Below are positions 25,774 through 35,929 of a stretch of 64,000 bases of DNA, piece by piece. The notes under the pieces were generated by a model. It was not told where the DNA came from. It saw only the letters and a list, made by a program, of their open reading frames with translations, and searched no databases. The stretch lies in NCBI GenBank assembly GCA_000995965.1, contig LBYD01000001.1, positions 279,040-343,039 on the forward strand, given 5' to 3'. This DNA is from Candidatus Moranbacteria bacterium GW2011_GWC2_40_12 (GTDB lineage: Bacteria > Patescibacteriota > Minisyncoccia > Moranbacterales > UBA11712). Numbering within the stretch: the first letter of the stretch is position 1; each line of letters begins with the position of its first letter. Both the position numbers and the translations under genes were made by a program.

Positions 25774-27045
25774 TCATTTCCTCTCCTCCAGTTTCACTTG
25801 AACTGTTTTTTCCTCGCCTTTGTGCCAGATTTTCAGGTTGATTGTGTCGCCGACGTTCGATTTCGCGATTTGGTCGCTCAATAGATTTTTTTCATCAATC
25901 TTCACGCCGTTTATTTCAAGAATAATGTCATTTTCCGTGAGTCCCGCTTTGTCCGCCGGACTTCCCGGAACAACCGCGAAGTCAGTCACTTTTTGCCCGC
26001 GAAGCACCAGCGCGCCATAGCCATATGGCAAATTATTTGCTTTCTTTATTTCTTCCGTTATTGGTATGTATCGCACGCCAATGTAAGGCTGGACTATTTT
26101 TCCTTTCGATTTCACGCTTTCGATGCCCTTTTTCACGATATTTATGGGAAGCGCAAAACCGATGTTTTCAGCCCCTTGCGCCATTGCAACATTCACGCCT
26201 ATCACCTGTCCGCTGATATTGAGAAGAGGCCCGCCGGAATTCCCCGGATTGATGGCCGCGTCTGTCTGAATCACCTCGCTCAAAGTTTCCGCCTGCCCGA
26301 ATCCATCTCCGGCCGTCACATTGCGTTTGAGGCCGGAAATGATTCCTTTGCTGACCGTGTTTCGAAATTCCCCGAGCGAATTTCCGATCGCAATGACCGT
26401 CTGCCCAATTTTCAAATTGCCTGAATCGGCCAATTCCAAAACCGGCAAATTGTTTCCGGCTTCGATCTTGAGAATGGCAACGTCGTTCACCGGATCGATT
26501 GCCATCACCTTAGCCGCGTGTTTTTTTTCGTCATTTGTCATCACGGTATATTCCGCCTCCTGGTCGGAAACAACATGCTTATTGGTCACAATCAGCCCAT
26601 CTTTTGAAACGATAAATCCCGAACCTCCGCCAATTTCCTGTTTTTCCGTCTCTCCCTGATTTTGCTGTTGCCTCTGGCTCGATCCGAAAGGATTGAAAAA
26701 AGGATCAAAACCGAAGGGATCGGAAAAAAAGTCCTGCATTTTTGGAATGTCTTTGGAAACAATGATACTCACCACAGCCGGCGAAGCTTTTTCGACTGAC
26801 GCCGTCACGGCCGATTCTTCATCGGGAAAATTGATGGTGCTCCCCGCACTGCCAGAATTCTTTTGCCCGACCTGATTTTGATTTTTCTTCAAAAAATCAA
26901 GGCTGAATTTTCCCTGCCCCAGATTCCCAGCCATAAAACCAAAAAGAGCCCCGAAAAATGAGGAAATGAGAAATGTGATAACAAAAAAACCGATCAGAAT
27001 TTTTTTATAAGTTTTTACCAATTCTTTGTTTTCTCGATTGAGCAT
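25774..27045 (-). CDS. htrA: HtrA/DegP-family periplasmic serine protease with PDZ domain
   Basis: GNSGGPLLN catalytic Ser motif, His/Asp triad context, C-terminal PDZ, N-terminal TM anchor. Confidence 0.9.
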   Translation of the reverse strand: MLNRENKELVKTYKKILIGFFVITFLISSFFGALFGFMAGNLGQGKFSLDFLKKNQNQVGQKNSGSAGSTINFPDEESAVTASVEKASPAVVSIIVSKDIPKMQDFFSDPFGFDPFFNPFGSSQRQQQNQGETEKQEIGGGSGFIVSKDGLIVTNKHVVSDQEAEYTVMTNDEKKHAAKVMAIDPVNDVAILKIEAGNNLPVLELADSGNLKIGQTVIAIGNSLGEFRNTVSKGIISGLKRNVTAGDGFGQAETLSEVIQTDAAINPGNSGGPLLNISGQVIGVNVAMAQGAENIGFALPINIVKKGIESVKSKGKIVQPYIGVRYIPITEEIKKANNLPYGYGALVLRGQKVTDFAVVPGSPADKAGLTENDIILEINGVKIDEKNLLSDQIAKSNVGDTINLKIWHKGEEKTVQVKLEERK

Positions 27046-27170
27046 AATGAGAAATAATAAATTAAAAATAAAATAGAAGAAATAAATATCAGAAAGAGGA
27101 AAATTTCAAGAAACACAAAAAAGCATTTCTAATTTCTGCTATTTATTTCTTCTCTCTCATATCTTATGTC

Positions 27171-27353
27171 TTATTTCTCTAGTGATATCGCGTTCACCGG
27201 GCAGCTGGACACCACTTCACTGCAATCACAATCTTGGCAAGAATCCGCAATCACACTCGATTTTCCGTTCTCAACCTTAAAGGTTTTCGGGCACAGTGCC
27301 TCGCACGTCCCGCATCCGATACACAATTCTGTGTTTACTTTGGGTTTTGACAT
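27171..27353 (-). CDS. small 4Fe-4S ferredoxin
   Basis: CIGCGTCEALCP plus second Cys cluster CQDCDC...SCP; directly downstream of the por operon. Confidence 0.7.
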   Translation of the reverse strand: MSKPKVNTELCIGCGTCEALCPKTFKVENGKSSVIADSCQDCDCSEVVSSCPVNAISLEK

Positions 27354-27408
27354 ATTTTTCGCTTATTTATTACGCTTATACTATAAATTTATTTTCAAAG
27401 ATAAGCAT

Positions 27409-28320
27409 TCAAATTTGGACCAAATTTACCAGCCTCTTCCATTCTTCATTCACCTCTTTTTGCATTTCGGCAATCACTTTTTCCCCACTGGGACGAAATA
27501 AATGTTTGAACCTTCCCTGCGTTTTCAAAAAATCTTCGATCGGTTTGGGATTTTCAGTCGCCCAGTTTATTTTATACTTGCCGTCAAAATATTCCCAAAG
27601 AGGCCAGAAATTGGTTTCGGTCGCCATTTTTCCAATACGGACATATTCGGAAGTCGGATATTTCCACAAATTCGTGCAAGGCTGAAGCACAAGCAAAAAT
27701 CTCGGACCATCGAGCGCAAAGGCTTTTTTGGCTTTCATTTTGAGGTCGGCTAAATACGCAACATTCGTCTGCGCAGCGTATTTCAGGTGATGCGCAATCA
27801 CAATTGACATCAAATCTTTTCTTTTTTCCAGCTTCCCAAAACTCTTCTTCCCCGCCGGAGTCGTTTCCGTGTCCGCTCCTCGCGGGGTCGCACCGCTCCT
27901 TTGCCCGCCGGTGTTCATATAGGCTTCGTTATCGTAGCAGACATAAAGGAAATCGTGCTGGCGTTCGAGCGCACCGGACAAGCTCTGAAGGCCGATGTCA
28001 TATGTTCCCCCGTCGCCCGCAAAAACGACCACTTGAATTTTTTTGCCGGCCGGAATCTTATTCCTTTTTCGCAAAGCTTTGATTGCCCCGTCAATTCCCG
28101 CCGCCGTCGCTCCGCCATTTTCAAATGCGCTGTGGATATACGGCACTTTCCAGGCCGAATAGGGATAAAGCGTTGAAGTCACTTCCAGGCACCCCGTCAC
28201 GCTCACGACGATCACGGGATCATCCGTCGCCCCCAAAACCGTTCGCACGATGGCCGGAATGCCGCATCCGGCGCAAGTGGAATGCCCGGGGGCCAAGTGT
28301 TTGGTTAATTTTTCATTCAT
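27409..28320 (-). CDS. porB: 2-oxoacid (pyruvate):ferredoxin oxidoreductase beta subunit (TPP-binding)
   Basis: CAGCG, GDGGTYDIG TPP motif. Confidence 0.85.
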   Translation of the reverse strand: MNEKLTKHLAPGHSTCAGCGIPAIVRTVLGATDDPVIVVSVTGCLEVTSTLYPYSAWKVPYIHSAFENGGATAAGIDGAIKALRKRNKIPAGKKIQVVVFAGDGGTYDIGLQSLSGALERQHDFLYVCYDNEAYMNTGGQRSGATPRGADTETTPAGKKSFGKLEKRKDLMSIVIAHHLKYAAQTNVAYLADLKMKAKKAFALDGPRFLLVLQPCTNLWKYPTSEYVRIGKMATETNFWPLWEYFDGKYKINWATENPKPIEDFLKTQGRFKHLFRPSGEKVIAEMQKEVNEEWKRLVNLVQI

Positions 28321-28321
28321 T

Positions 28322-29488
28322 TTATTTCAAACCAATATATCTTATTCCTTCGGCTTCGTCTTTTTCCAAACCCACAAAAACCTTTTTTATGTCCTCTTTG
28401 AGAATTTCTCTTCCGCCCAAGCCGTATATGAATGACTGTAATTTATAATTTGTAATGTGTAATTTGGATAAGCTGTTTAGTATTTCCATGTACAGTGGCG
28501 CCTGCGAACCAAAAGAAACCGTCCGGTCCAGAACCGCGATTTTTTTCACGTTTTTCAAGGCTTCAGCGATCTGCTTATGCGGAAACGGCCGAAATAATTT
28601 TATTTTAAGAAGTCCAACTTTTTCGCCTTGCTCTCGCAATTCGTCAACTGCGGACTTCGCCGTTCCGGCGGTTGAGCCGGCCACCACGATCACTCGTTCG
28701 GCGTCATCGATTTTATATTCTTCAAAAATATCATAAGTTCTTTCGCTAATATTTCTGAATTCCTCAAATATTCCCCCGATTTCACCGATTACCCCATCCA
28801 TCGCCTCAATTTGCTGTCTTTTAAATTCAAAGTATGAATTAGGCAGTGAAACTGGCCCGAATGTTTTTGGATTTTCAAAATCAAGCAAAGAGTTTTTCAT
28901 CTGGTATTCAGAGACGAAGCTTCGCGCGGCTGAATTTTCGAGAATTTCAATATTTTCCACGCTATGCGAGGTCGTAAAGCCGTCCATGATCACCATCGCC
29001 GGCAATCTTACTTTTTCAGCCAATCGCAAGGAGATAAAAACATTGTCATACACTTCCTGCGCATTTTCGGAAAATATTTGAATCCACCCGGAATCCCGGA
29101 CAAACATCACGTCCTGATGATCGCAATGGATATTTATCGGCGCGGAAATTGCCCGCGCGCTAACCAGCATCAAAATCGGCAGCCGCATTCCCGCGGCGAT
29201 CGGCAATATTTCTGCCATGAGCAAAATTCCCTGCGAGCTCGAAGCCGTCATCGCCCGCACTCCCGCCGCTTGGGCTCCCACTGCCGCGCTCATCGCGCTG
29301 TGTTCCGACTCGACTTCAATCATTTCCGTGTCCGCTTCACCGTCAGCAACAAACTTCGCAAAGGTTTCAATGATCGGCGTCTGCGGCGTGATCGGATAAA
29401 CCGGCATCACATCCGGATTGATTTGCTTCAAGGCTTCAGCGGCCGCGGCTCCGCCAGTCAGGGCCAGGTTTTTATTTTTATTAATCAT
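28322..29488 (-). CDS. porA: 2-oxoacid:ferredoxin oxidoreductase alpha subunit
   Basis: PorA N-terminal YPITPQT..., domain order; contains an unusual in-frame GTAATT-repeat segment near C-terminus. Confidence 0.85.
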   Translation of the reverse strand: MINKNKNLALTGGAAAAEALKQINPDVMPVYPITPQTPIIETFAKFVADGEADTEMIEVESEHSAMSAAVGAQAAGVRAMTASSSQGILLMAEILPIAAGMRLPILMLVSARAISAPINIHCDHQDVMFVRDSGWIQIFSENAQEVYDNVFISLRLAEKVRLPAMVIMDGFTTSHSVENIEILENSAARSFVSEYQMKNSLLDFENPKTFGPVSLPNSYFEFKRQQIEAMDGVIGEIGGIFEEFRNISERTYDIFEEYKIDDAERVIVVAGSTAGTAKSAVDELREQGEKVGLLKIKLFRPFPHKQIAEALKNVKKIAVLDRTVSFGSQAPLYMEILNSLSKLHITNYKLQSFIYGLGGREILKEDIKKVFVGLEKDEAEGIRYIGLK

Positions 29489-29518
29489 CGTTATTTTACA
29501 GAAATCGATCCCTTATGA

Positions 29519-29785
29519 TTATGTATTCTTCATCATCGTTATCGCTTTTTTCGGGCAAACTGTCGCGCAAACGCCACAGCCCTTGCAAACGTCGTAGTCA
29601 ATATCCGCTTTGCGCTCGCTGTCGTAGTCAATCGCCGCTTCCGGGCACACATCAAAACAATTCCCGCAACCAAGACAGGTTTTCTTGTCCACTTGTGGCT
29701 TCATATATCGCCAATCTCCCGTACGCGGTGACTTTTTTAGATCGTGCTCAATAATTGCTCCTTCTTCTATGTTTTCCCAATCCAT
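29519..29785 (-). CDS. porD: 2-oxoacid:ferredoxin oxidoreductase delta subunit (2x[4Fe-4S] ferredoxin)
   Basis: CLGCGNCFDVCP and CKGCGVCATVCP. Confidence 0.85.
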   Translation of the reverse strand: MDWENIEEGAIIEHDLKKSPRTGDWRYMKPQVDKKTCLGCGNCFDVCPEAAIDYDSERKADIDYDVCKGCGVCATVCPKKAITMMKNT

Positions 29786-29916
29786 AAATTAATGCAAAAT
29801 GCAAATCTCAAAATTACAAATGACATTTCAAAATGTTTAAATACCCCTAAAACAAATATGACAATAAACTTTACATTTTAAACTGTCATTTTCCATTTTG
29901 ATTTATTAATTTTCAA

Positions 29917-30495
29917 TTATAATGAATCATACGCCTCCTCAATCGCCCGGATATTTTTTTCTGTTTTTTCGGAACCTATTTTTCCCGTGTATTTTTCCCG
30001 AAAAACATCAACCAGATTTTCGAGTTTCACAATTTCAGATATCTTTACCATTTTTCCTAAAATTGCCGTATTCGGACGAGGCTCCCCGACAATTTCAAGA
30101 GAAAGCCCCGTCGCGTCAATAGGATAGACATTTCCCGCATAGCCCGTTTTTTGCCTGACTGCTTCACGATCCGAGGTAGTGTTCACGATCATAGCTTCGT
30201 TTTCATCAAGATTTTTGGTAACTTCAATAGTTCCGAGAAGCGTTTCGTCCAAAATCACCACCATGTCCGGATCAACCACCGGCTCGTGCGTGAGTATCGG
30301 CTCGGCCGAAACCCGCACGAATGTTTTCATCGGCGCTCCTGTCCGCTCGGGACCGAAATCGGGAAAAGCCTGGACAAACTTCCCTTCCGCGAGCGCCGCC
30401 TGCGCCAAAAGCTCCGCGGCCGTTTTCGCCCCCTGACCACCCCGCGCATGAAAAACAATTTCAAAAATTTTCTTTTCGAGTTTCATCCCAGTCAT
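29917..30495 (-). CDS. porG: 2-oxoacid:ferredoxin oxidoreductase gamma subunit
   Basis: GGQGAKTAAELLAQAA...; start trimmed to MTGMKLEKK. Confidence 0.85.
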   Translation of the reverse strand: MTGMKLEKKIFEIVFHARGGQGAKTAAELLAQAALAEGKFVQAFPDFGPERTGAPMKTFVRVSAEPILTHEPVVDPDMVVILDETLLGTIEVTKNLDENEAMIVNTTSDREAVRQKTGYAGNVYPIDATGLSLEIVGEPRPNTAILGKMVKISEIVKLENLVDVFREKYTGKIGSEKTEKNIRAIEEAYDSL

Positions 30496-30569
30496 TATAC
30501 CATAAAAAAACTCAGCTTCAAACAAGAAGCTGAGTTTCCAAAGAAACATGAAATTCTGAAGCTTTTTGG

Positions 30570-31745
30570 TTATTTCGCCAATTCCTCATCCAGCATTTTT
30601 TTCATTTCTTCGTATGAAACAACGCCGCCGATGAACTGGTCATTCACGAAAAAGGCGGGAGTTCCGGAAATTCCAAAGTTGGCTGCTTCCTCCTGGTCAG
30701 CTGCGATTTTGTCTTTCGGCTTATTTTGGTCAACACATTCGCTGAAATTCGCCGCGTTCAATCCGAGAGCCGCGGCATACGACTTAAATTTCGCGACTCC
30801 TTCCGTGCTTTGCCAATCGGCTTGCGATCCATAAAGCCTGTCCGACATTTCCCAAAATTTTCCCTGGTCGCCGGCGCAACTGGCTGCCACGGCCGCGTTC
30901 ATTGCCTGCTTATGAAAGTCGAGTGGAAGATATTTGTAGGCAAACAAGACCCTATCCTTGTATTCACTGATGGCCTTTCGATAAGTTTCGTGAAATGATT
31001 TGCAATAGGGGCATTGAAAATCGCTGAAAAGAACCACTTTCACTTTCGCGTCTTCGGGGCCGATTTGCGGATTATCTTTTGAGACACTGGGAGTTTCAAG
31101 ATATTTTCCGGCCTTGAACCCAACCTGTTCCGTGTTCATGAGATACTTGTTGTCTTTCTTTTCAAAAATTCCCTGGGCTTGGGCATAAACATCCGTTTTT
31201 GCCACATTTTCGTCAAAAATGAACGCGGGAATGCTTTTCACGTTTAATTTCTCAACTATAGCCTTTCCTTCTTCAGAGTCCATTTCAACTTTCTTGGCCA
31301 GCGTCGTCGGAATAACCCTTTTCAGCCATTTAAGATACTCGGTTGGATCGCACGCTTCACATTTGCTGTCGGTCAAGACTTGAAGAGTGATGACCGGCTC
31401 GCTATAGGCAACCCAGGTTTTTCCATCAAAAGGAAATACATCCACATTCTTCAGAACCCTCGGCGAAACGCCCTGCTGGCCAAAGAATTGGGCCACATCC
31501 ACGAAAATGCTGCCAATCAGGAGCCCGGCCATCAGAATAACCACTGAGACATAGTTTTTCATTTTTCGGCGACAAGACTCATCGGAACATTGAGAATATT
31601 TTTCTCCCTCCCGTTTTTCCATCGGCGCTTCTCCCGCCGAGTTTTCTTCTTTTTTTTCTTCCATTGGATATTTATCCCACACCACTTTTTTTGATAGTTC
31701 AAAGGCTCTAAAAAACCTTTGCTGAATGGATTTTTTTAGTAGCAC
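30570..31745 (-). CDS. membrane-anchored DsbA-family thiol:disulfide oxidoreductase with two thioredoxin-like domains
   Basis: CEAC and CPYC active-site motifs; TM anchor VSVVILMAGLLIGSIFV; true start probably an internal Met (31664/31622/31562). Confidence 0.7.
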   Translation of the reverse strand: MLLKKSIQQRFFRAFELSKKVVWDKYPMEEKKEENSAGEAPMEKREGEKYSQCSDESCRRKMKNYVSVVILMAGLLIGSIFVDVAQFFGQQGVSPRVLKNVDVFPFDGKTWVAYSEPVITLQVLTDSKCEACDPTEYLKWLKRVIPTTLAKKVEMDSEEGKAIVEKLNVKSIPAFIFDENVAKTDVYAQAQGIFEKKDNKYLMNTEQVGFKAGKYLETPSVSKDNPQIGPEDAKVKVVLFSDFQCPYCKSFHETYRKAISEYKDRVLFAYKYLPLDFHKQAMNAAVAASCAGDQGKFWEMSDRLYGSQADWQSTEGVAKFKSYAAALGLNAANFSECVDQNKPKDKIAADQEEAANFGISGTPAFFVNDQFIGGVVSYEEMKKMLDEELAK

Positions 31746-31816
31746 TTTTGAATAATCTCGGAAAGAGGTGGGAGGATGAAGTTATTTAATTAAGCTATAT
31801 TTTTATTCTGCGAGAG

Positions 31817-32101
31817 TTATTGCTGTTCTGCACCGCCTGGCACATTCGGCGCTTCCTGATTTGCCTCCCCGCCTGGAGCCGCCTGATCTGACGGCGCTGT
31901 TAACGTTTCCTGCTTGGACAAATCAAAATCCTGTTTCATTTCCGAAACGAGATAATCTCCGAATCCTATCGTAACCCTTTTCTTGGCTTCCGTTTTCACC
32001 GCCACTCCCACGAGAAAACCCAGAATTAGAATAAGAAGATAGTTTATCGTCTTTTCGTTTATTTTGATCTTTTTTGCCAATCCAGATATTTTTTCTTTCA
32101 T
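31817..32101 (-). CDS. hypothetical small membrane protein
   Basis: 94 aa, one TM, Pro/Gly/Ala-rich tail. Confidence 0.4.
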   Translation of the reverse strand: MKEKISGLAKKIKINEKTINYLLILILGFLVGVAVKTEAKKRVTIGFGDYLVSEMKQDFDLSKQETLTAPSDQAAPGGEANQEAPNVPGGAEQQ

Positions 32102-32219
32102 GTTTGATTGCCCTAAGAGTTATTCCATTTGACAGTCTAGCAAAAGAGTTTATTCGAAGCAATATTGACAAAGGGATGAAATTATATGTTTGTGGGAACC
32201 GGTCCTTTATAAAATTCAG

Positions 32220-32681
32220 CTATTCAATTCGAACCGGATCATTCAGTTGAACATCGTTCTGCTCGCAAAAACCGGCATTTACTTCAAGGACTACGCTGGA
32301 TTTCTCGGGAGACGTGAAAATCCGCTGGTCATCCTGCGAAATTCTTCCCTCACAGCCGACCACCCGACCGTTTTCGATCCAGATAATGTCGATTGGAAAC
32401 TGCATTCCCTTCATCCAGAAGCGCTGGAAATCATCTTGCGGCATCAGAAAAAGCATGCCCCTTCCCTCGCCGATATTTTCCCTTCCGGCGAGCCCCAATT
32501 TGATTTTTTCCGCCGTTGCCACGGCTTCCGCCTTCACGAAAGCATTTTTGAGATACACCCTTTTGATAGGATTCCCGTATTGCAGCGAATAAAATTCACT
32601 GGAGACATAGTTGAGTAAAATCATCATTATTATCGATAAAATCAATGCAACGAAGATTATTTTTTTTGATATTGAGGACAT
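32220..32681 (-). CDS. DUF192-domain protein
   Basis: signal anchor + GMLFL...QFPIDIIWIENGRVVG motif. Confidence 0.7.
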   Translation of the reverse strand: MSSISKKIIFVALILSIIMMILLNYVSSEFYSLQYGNPIKRVYLKNAFVKAEAVATAEKIKLGLAGRENIGEGRGMLFLMPQDDFQRFWMKGMQFPIDIIWIENGRVVGCEGRISQDDQRIFTSPEKSSVVLEVNAGFCEQNDVQLNDPVRIE

Positions 32682-32707
32682 GGCGCTAGTTTAAAAATAA
32701 ATTCATG

Positions 32708-33670
32708 TTAAATTTTGAATTTTATTCTCTGTAGAATGAAATATGCAGCAGAAAAGATTGCGATAAAAACCATCTTTCCGATCGCGTTTAAATTCAGTGC
32801 CGCAAGCCCAACAATCATGCCAAAAACACATACCAATACCACGATCTGCTTTTCGCCTAGTCCCAATTTTAGCAGTTTGTGATGAAGATGTCGACTGTCC
32901 CCGCCTGAAAATATGGATCCGCCGGCATGATGCCTTTCCCATATCACACTCACCAGATCCAAAACTGGTATAAGTGTTACCATGAAAACTGTCGCTATTT
33001 TTGCTCCCGCAAATATGGACAGGCTGGCAAGGAGAAACCCAAAAAACCAGGCGCCAGATGTCCCGGCTATGATTTTTGCCGGATGCCAGTTGAAAACCAA
33101 GAAAGCCAAAACTGCCCCAGCAGCGGTTGCGCACAAAATTGCCGCCGCCGGCTGATTGACATGCGGCAAGAGGCTCAAAAAAAATATCTCGGCCAGTGCC
33201 ACGAATGTCACGCTTCCCGAAAGACCGTCAATTCCGTCAAGCCAATTCAATGCATTAATAAAGAGCAAAAAGTATAACGTGTAAATAAAAATGTATACGG
33301 CAGGATTTTCGAGATTTATGGTTCCACCGAAAGGATTTGCCGTATATCCGCTCCGCACACCAAATAATATCGCTGTGATCGCTATTATAACTTGAAATGC
33401 CAACTGCCATTTCCAATTTAGATTTTTTATATCATCCCACAACCCAAAAATCAGAATCAACAGTCCACCGGTAATAATCCCCGCAATCGGTTTCGTGATG
33501 ACCAAGTCTTTATCGTATAGTACGAATAAAATGAAAATTACAATCACAACTAAACCTCCCAACCTCTTTTTAAGGTTCGGCCTTAAAAATGGCGTCCGCA
33601 GCAAAAAAAATATCGCGATGATCGATAATAAAAAAGAAAATAGAAATGGGAGAAGAAATTTTGCCGCCAC
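32708..33670 (-). CDS. glycosyltransferase family 4 polyprenyl-phosphate hexose-1-phosphate transferase (WecA/MraY superfamily)
   Basis: IFGLWDDIKNL, NALNWLDGIDGL, 10 or more TM. Confidence 0.85.
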   Translation of the reverse strand: MAAKFLLPFLFSFLLSIIAIFFLLRTPFLRPNLKKRLGGLVVIVIFILFVLYDKDLVITKPIAGIITGGLLILIFGLWDDIKNLNWKWQLAFQVIIAITAILFGVRSGYTANPFGGTINLENPAVYIFIYTLYFLLFINALNWLDGIDGLSGSVTFVALAEIFFLSLLPHVNQPAAAILCATAAGAVLAFLVFNWHPAKIIAGTSGAWFFGFLLASLSIFAGAKIATVFMVTLIPVLDLVSVIWERHHAGGSIFSGGDSRHLHHKLLKLGLGEKQIVVLVCVFGMIVGLAALNLNAIGKMVFIAIFSAAYFILQRIKFKI

Positions 33671-33757
33671 TTGACTTTTTGGTTATTTTACGAATTGCCC
33701 ACTACGATATATCGTAGTGAGTTTTTATTCGCGAAAAAAAATACGAGATACTATATA

Positions 33758-35461
33758 CTAATCTTTTTTTCTCACCTTCTCCGTCACCCAGAATTCACCG
33801 AAGTATTTGCCGAGAAGGATCCGGGTCTGGGAATCGACAGCCGGAGCGGCCCCGAGGAATGGCGCGGTGATGGGGACCAAAAACCACTGAAGAAACATAT
33901 ATATATAGCGTTTTCGGCCGTACCGGGCGGGACGCGGCGGAAGAAGCATCAGGCTCAAAAACATCGAGATGACCAGGCCGATAAGTGCCGCGTTCATCAG
34001 GTATCTCGTGAAATAAGGCAGGTTATGGGCCAGAACGCTTCGGTTAAATTCCGGACCGCCAATGATAACCGGCAGCCAACCAAGGAGCGCGATAATGAAA
34101 GAGTTGGTTGCCCAAGACCAATGGCCTTCAAGCATCGTGAAAAGATGTTTTGCTTTTTTCATCGGCCGGATTTTTTTGTTTCTCCAAAAAGCGCGGGCGA
34201 GCAGAGGAAAATTCTCAATTCCGTAGGCCCAGCGCCGTTTTTGCTTATACTGGTTGACAATTGTTTTCCAATAAGTGTTCGCCAAAACCGCGTCGAGTGA
34301 CACCGGGAGGTAAATTGGCTTTACTTCATAATCTCCGCTAAAAAACGTATAGCACTTCCAAAAAATGACGCTGTCCTCGGAAATCATGTTCACCGGCCAA
34401 TAATCAACGTCAACGATCGTTTTAAAAGCCTCCGAATGCGAAGAAAACGTCACCATATGCTCCGGCCGCATCGCCTCCACCATGTGCCAAAAGCTTGAAC
34501 CGGTGACGATGATTCTCACAAAGGCGTTTGTGTCCCAAATATTGTTGTGATACATCGGCAGAGGCTGGTAGGCAAAATTGAGCCGCCTCGGTTCAGTGGC
34601 GTATTTCAGGGTGAGAGCCGCAAAATATTGGGGATGGGCGCAGGTATCACAATCAAAATTGGAAAGAACGACGCGTTCGAGCGGAATATTTTTTTCTTCC
34701 AGATATTCTTTAAGCTTTTTTGCGGCAAAGGTGGTGTTGGACGCTTTGGCTCTCATCTCTCCCGGAGCCACTTCGTGAACCGTCACCAAAAAATCAAAAA
34801 ATGTTTTACCGAATTTATTTCTTAGATAGTTAATTTTGTGCTCCCTTTTCTTTTTGTCCTCCCGCTCTTCGGTCGCGAGAAGAATGATAAATTTTTCGTT
34901 AGGATAGTCAGATTCAGCGACAGCCTGAATGGCCGGCTCGATGATTTCCGGTCCTTCGTTAGCAGTCGGAAGCATTACTACGTGATAGATATCTTCCCAA
35001 CGCAAAAATTTTGACCTGTCGCGCCTTGAGATTTCCAGAATTTCCTTTTTGATCTCCTTCACAGCGCACAATTTCTTTTTGGATGACTTTTTTTCTGCTG
35101 AAAACAATTTCCAGCGTTTCTTGGAAAAATCCTCTTTCGCCCGCCGATAGTTTTCTTCCGTTTCTTTGAGAAAGTCGTCTATATCAGACATTTTCCGGCA
35201 TGCCTGCATCCAGTCAATCGCTTTGTGGCACTGCATTTTCCGGAAAGCGACGATTGAATATGTCGAGATATAAAGGGTGCGGAAAAGCCAGTATATGTCG
35301 AAGGCTATTATAAAAACCGCTACCCAAACAGGAAGCCAGAAAGAAAAAACAAACATGCCAAGAATCGTGAACCAGGCCAGCGACCCGGGAATAATTTCAA
35401 ATATTCTTTGTAAGCGACGTTCACGAGGATCGGTTGTGCGGGGATCGGGATAGGAAAACAT
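33758..35461 (-). CDS. integral-membrane processive family-2 glycosyltransferase (cellulose-synthase-like)
   Basis: DCDT and QYKQKRRWAYG (QxxRW) motifs; TM clusters at both ends. Confidence 0.7.
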   Translation of the reverse strand: MFSYPDPRTTDPRERRLQRIFEIIPGSLAWFTILGMFVFSFWLPVWVAVFIIAFDIYWLFRTLYISTYSIVAFRKMQCHKAIDWMQACRKMSDIDDFLKETEENYRRAKEDFSKKRWKLFSAEKKSSKKKLCAVKEIKKEILEISRRDRSKFLRWEDIYHVVMLPTANEGPEIIEPAIQAVAESDYPNEKFIILLATEEREDKKKREHKINYLRNKFGKTFFDFLVTVHEVAPGEMRAKASNTTFAAKKLKEYLEEKNIPLERVVLSNFDCDTCAHPQYFAALTLKYATEPRRLNFAYQPLPMYHNNIWDTNAFVRIIVTGSSFWHMVEAMRPEHMVTFSSHSEAFKTIVDVDYWPVNMISEDSVIFWKCYTFFSGDYEVKPIYLPVSLDAVLANTYWKTIVNQYKQKRRWAYGIENFPLLARAFWRNKKIRPMKKAKHLFTMLEGHWSWATNSFIIALLGWLPVIIGGPEFNRSVLAHNLPYFTRYLMNAALIGLVISMFLSLMLLPPRPARYGRKRYIYMFLQWFLVPITAPFLGAAPAVDSQTRILLGKYFGEFWVTEKVRKKD

Positions 35462-35548
35462 ATGAGATATAAAAAATAAGAAATAAGAAAGTTGAAAAGA
35501 GGAAAGCTAATAAAAATAATTTCTTTTCTCTTATTTCTTATATCTTAT

Positions 35549-35929
35549 TTAAAAGTTTATCAGTATCACGCTCCCCAGCCCCACCGCCATAAGAAGCTGA
35601 ACGAGAAGCGCCATTGCTGCAAAAAGATACGAAGCCAGCCGCTCTTTATAATAGAAAAAACGCGAAAGAACCGCGTTAACCAAAAAAATAACCGCCGCCA
35701 GCGCAGGCATCAGAAAAACATTTCTCCAATCCCCTATCGAGTCAACGCCAAAATAGACATTGTAGTGAAGAATTATCGGCCGGCTGGCGGGTTCCACTAT
35801 CTGCCAAACCGCTATCCACATGCCAAGATTCAAAAGAATCGCCAGAACCAGTGAAAAAAATATCACTGGATCGGTCCAATAGCTGTGCCAAAAAAACCTT
35901 TTAAATTTTTCCTTCAGTTTTTGCATCAT
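35549..35929 (-). CDS. hypothetical membrane protein (start trimmed; annotated ORF overlaps rmuC 3' end)
   Basis: 3 predicted TM helices; start set at MMQKLKE. Confidence 0.4.
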   Translation of the reverse strand: MMQKLKEKFKRFFWHSYWTDPVIFFSLVLAILLNLGMWIAVWQIVEPASRPIILHYNVYFGVDSIGDWRNVFLMPALAAVIFLVNAVLSRFFYYKERLASYLFAAMALLVQLLMAVGLGSVILINF

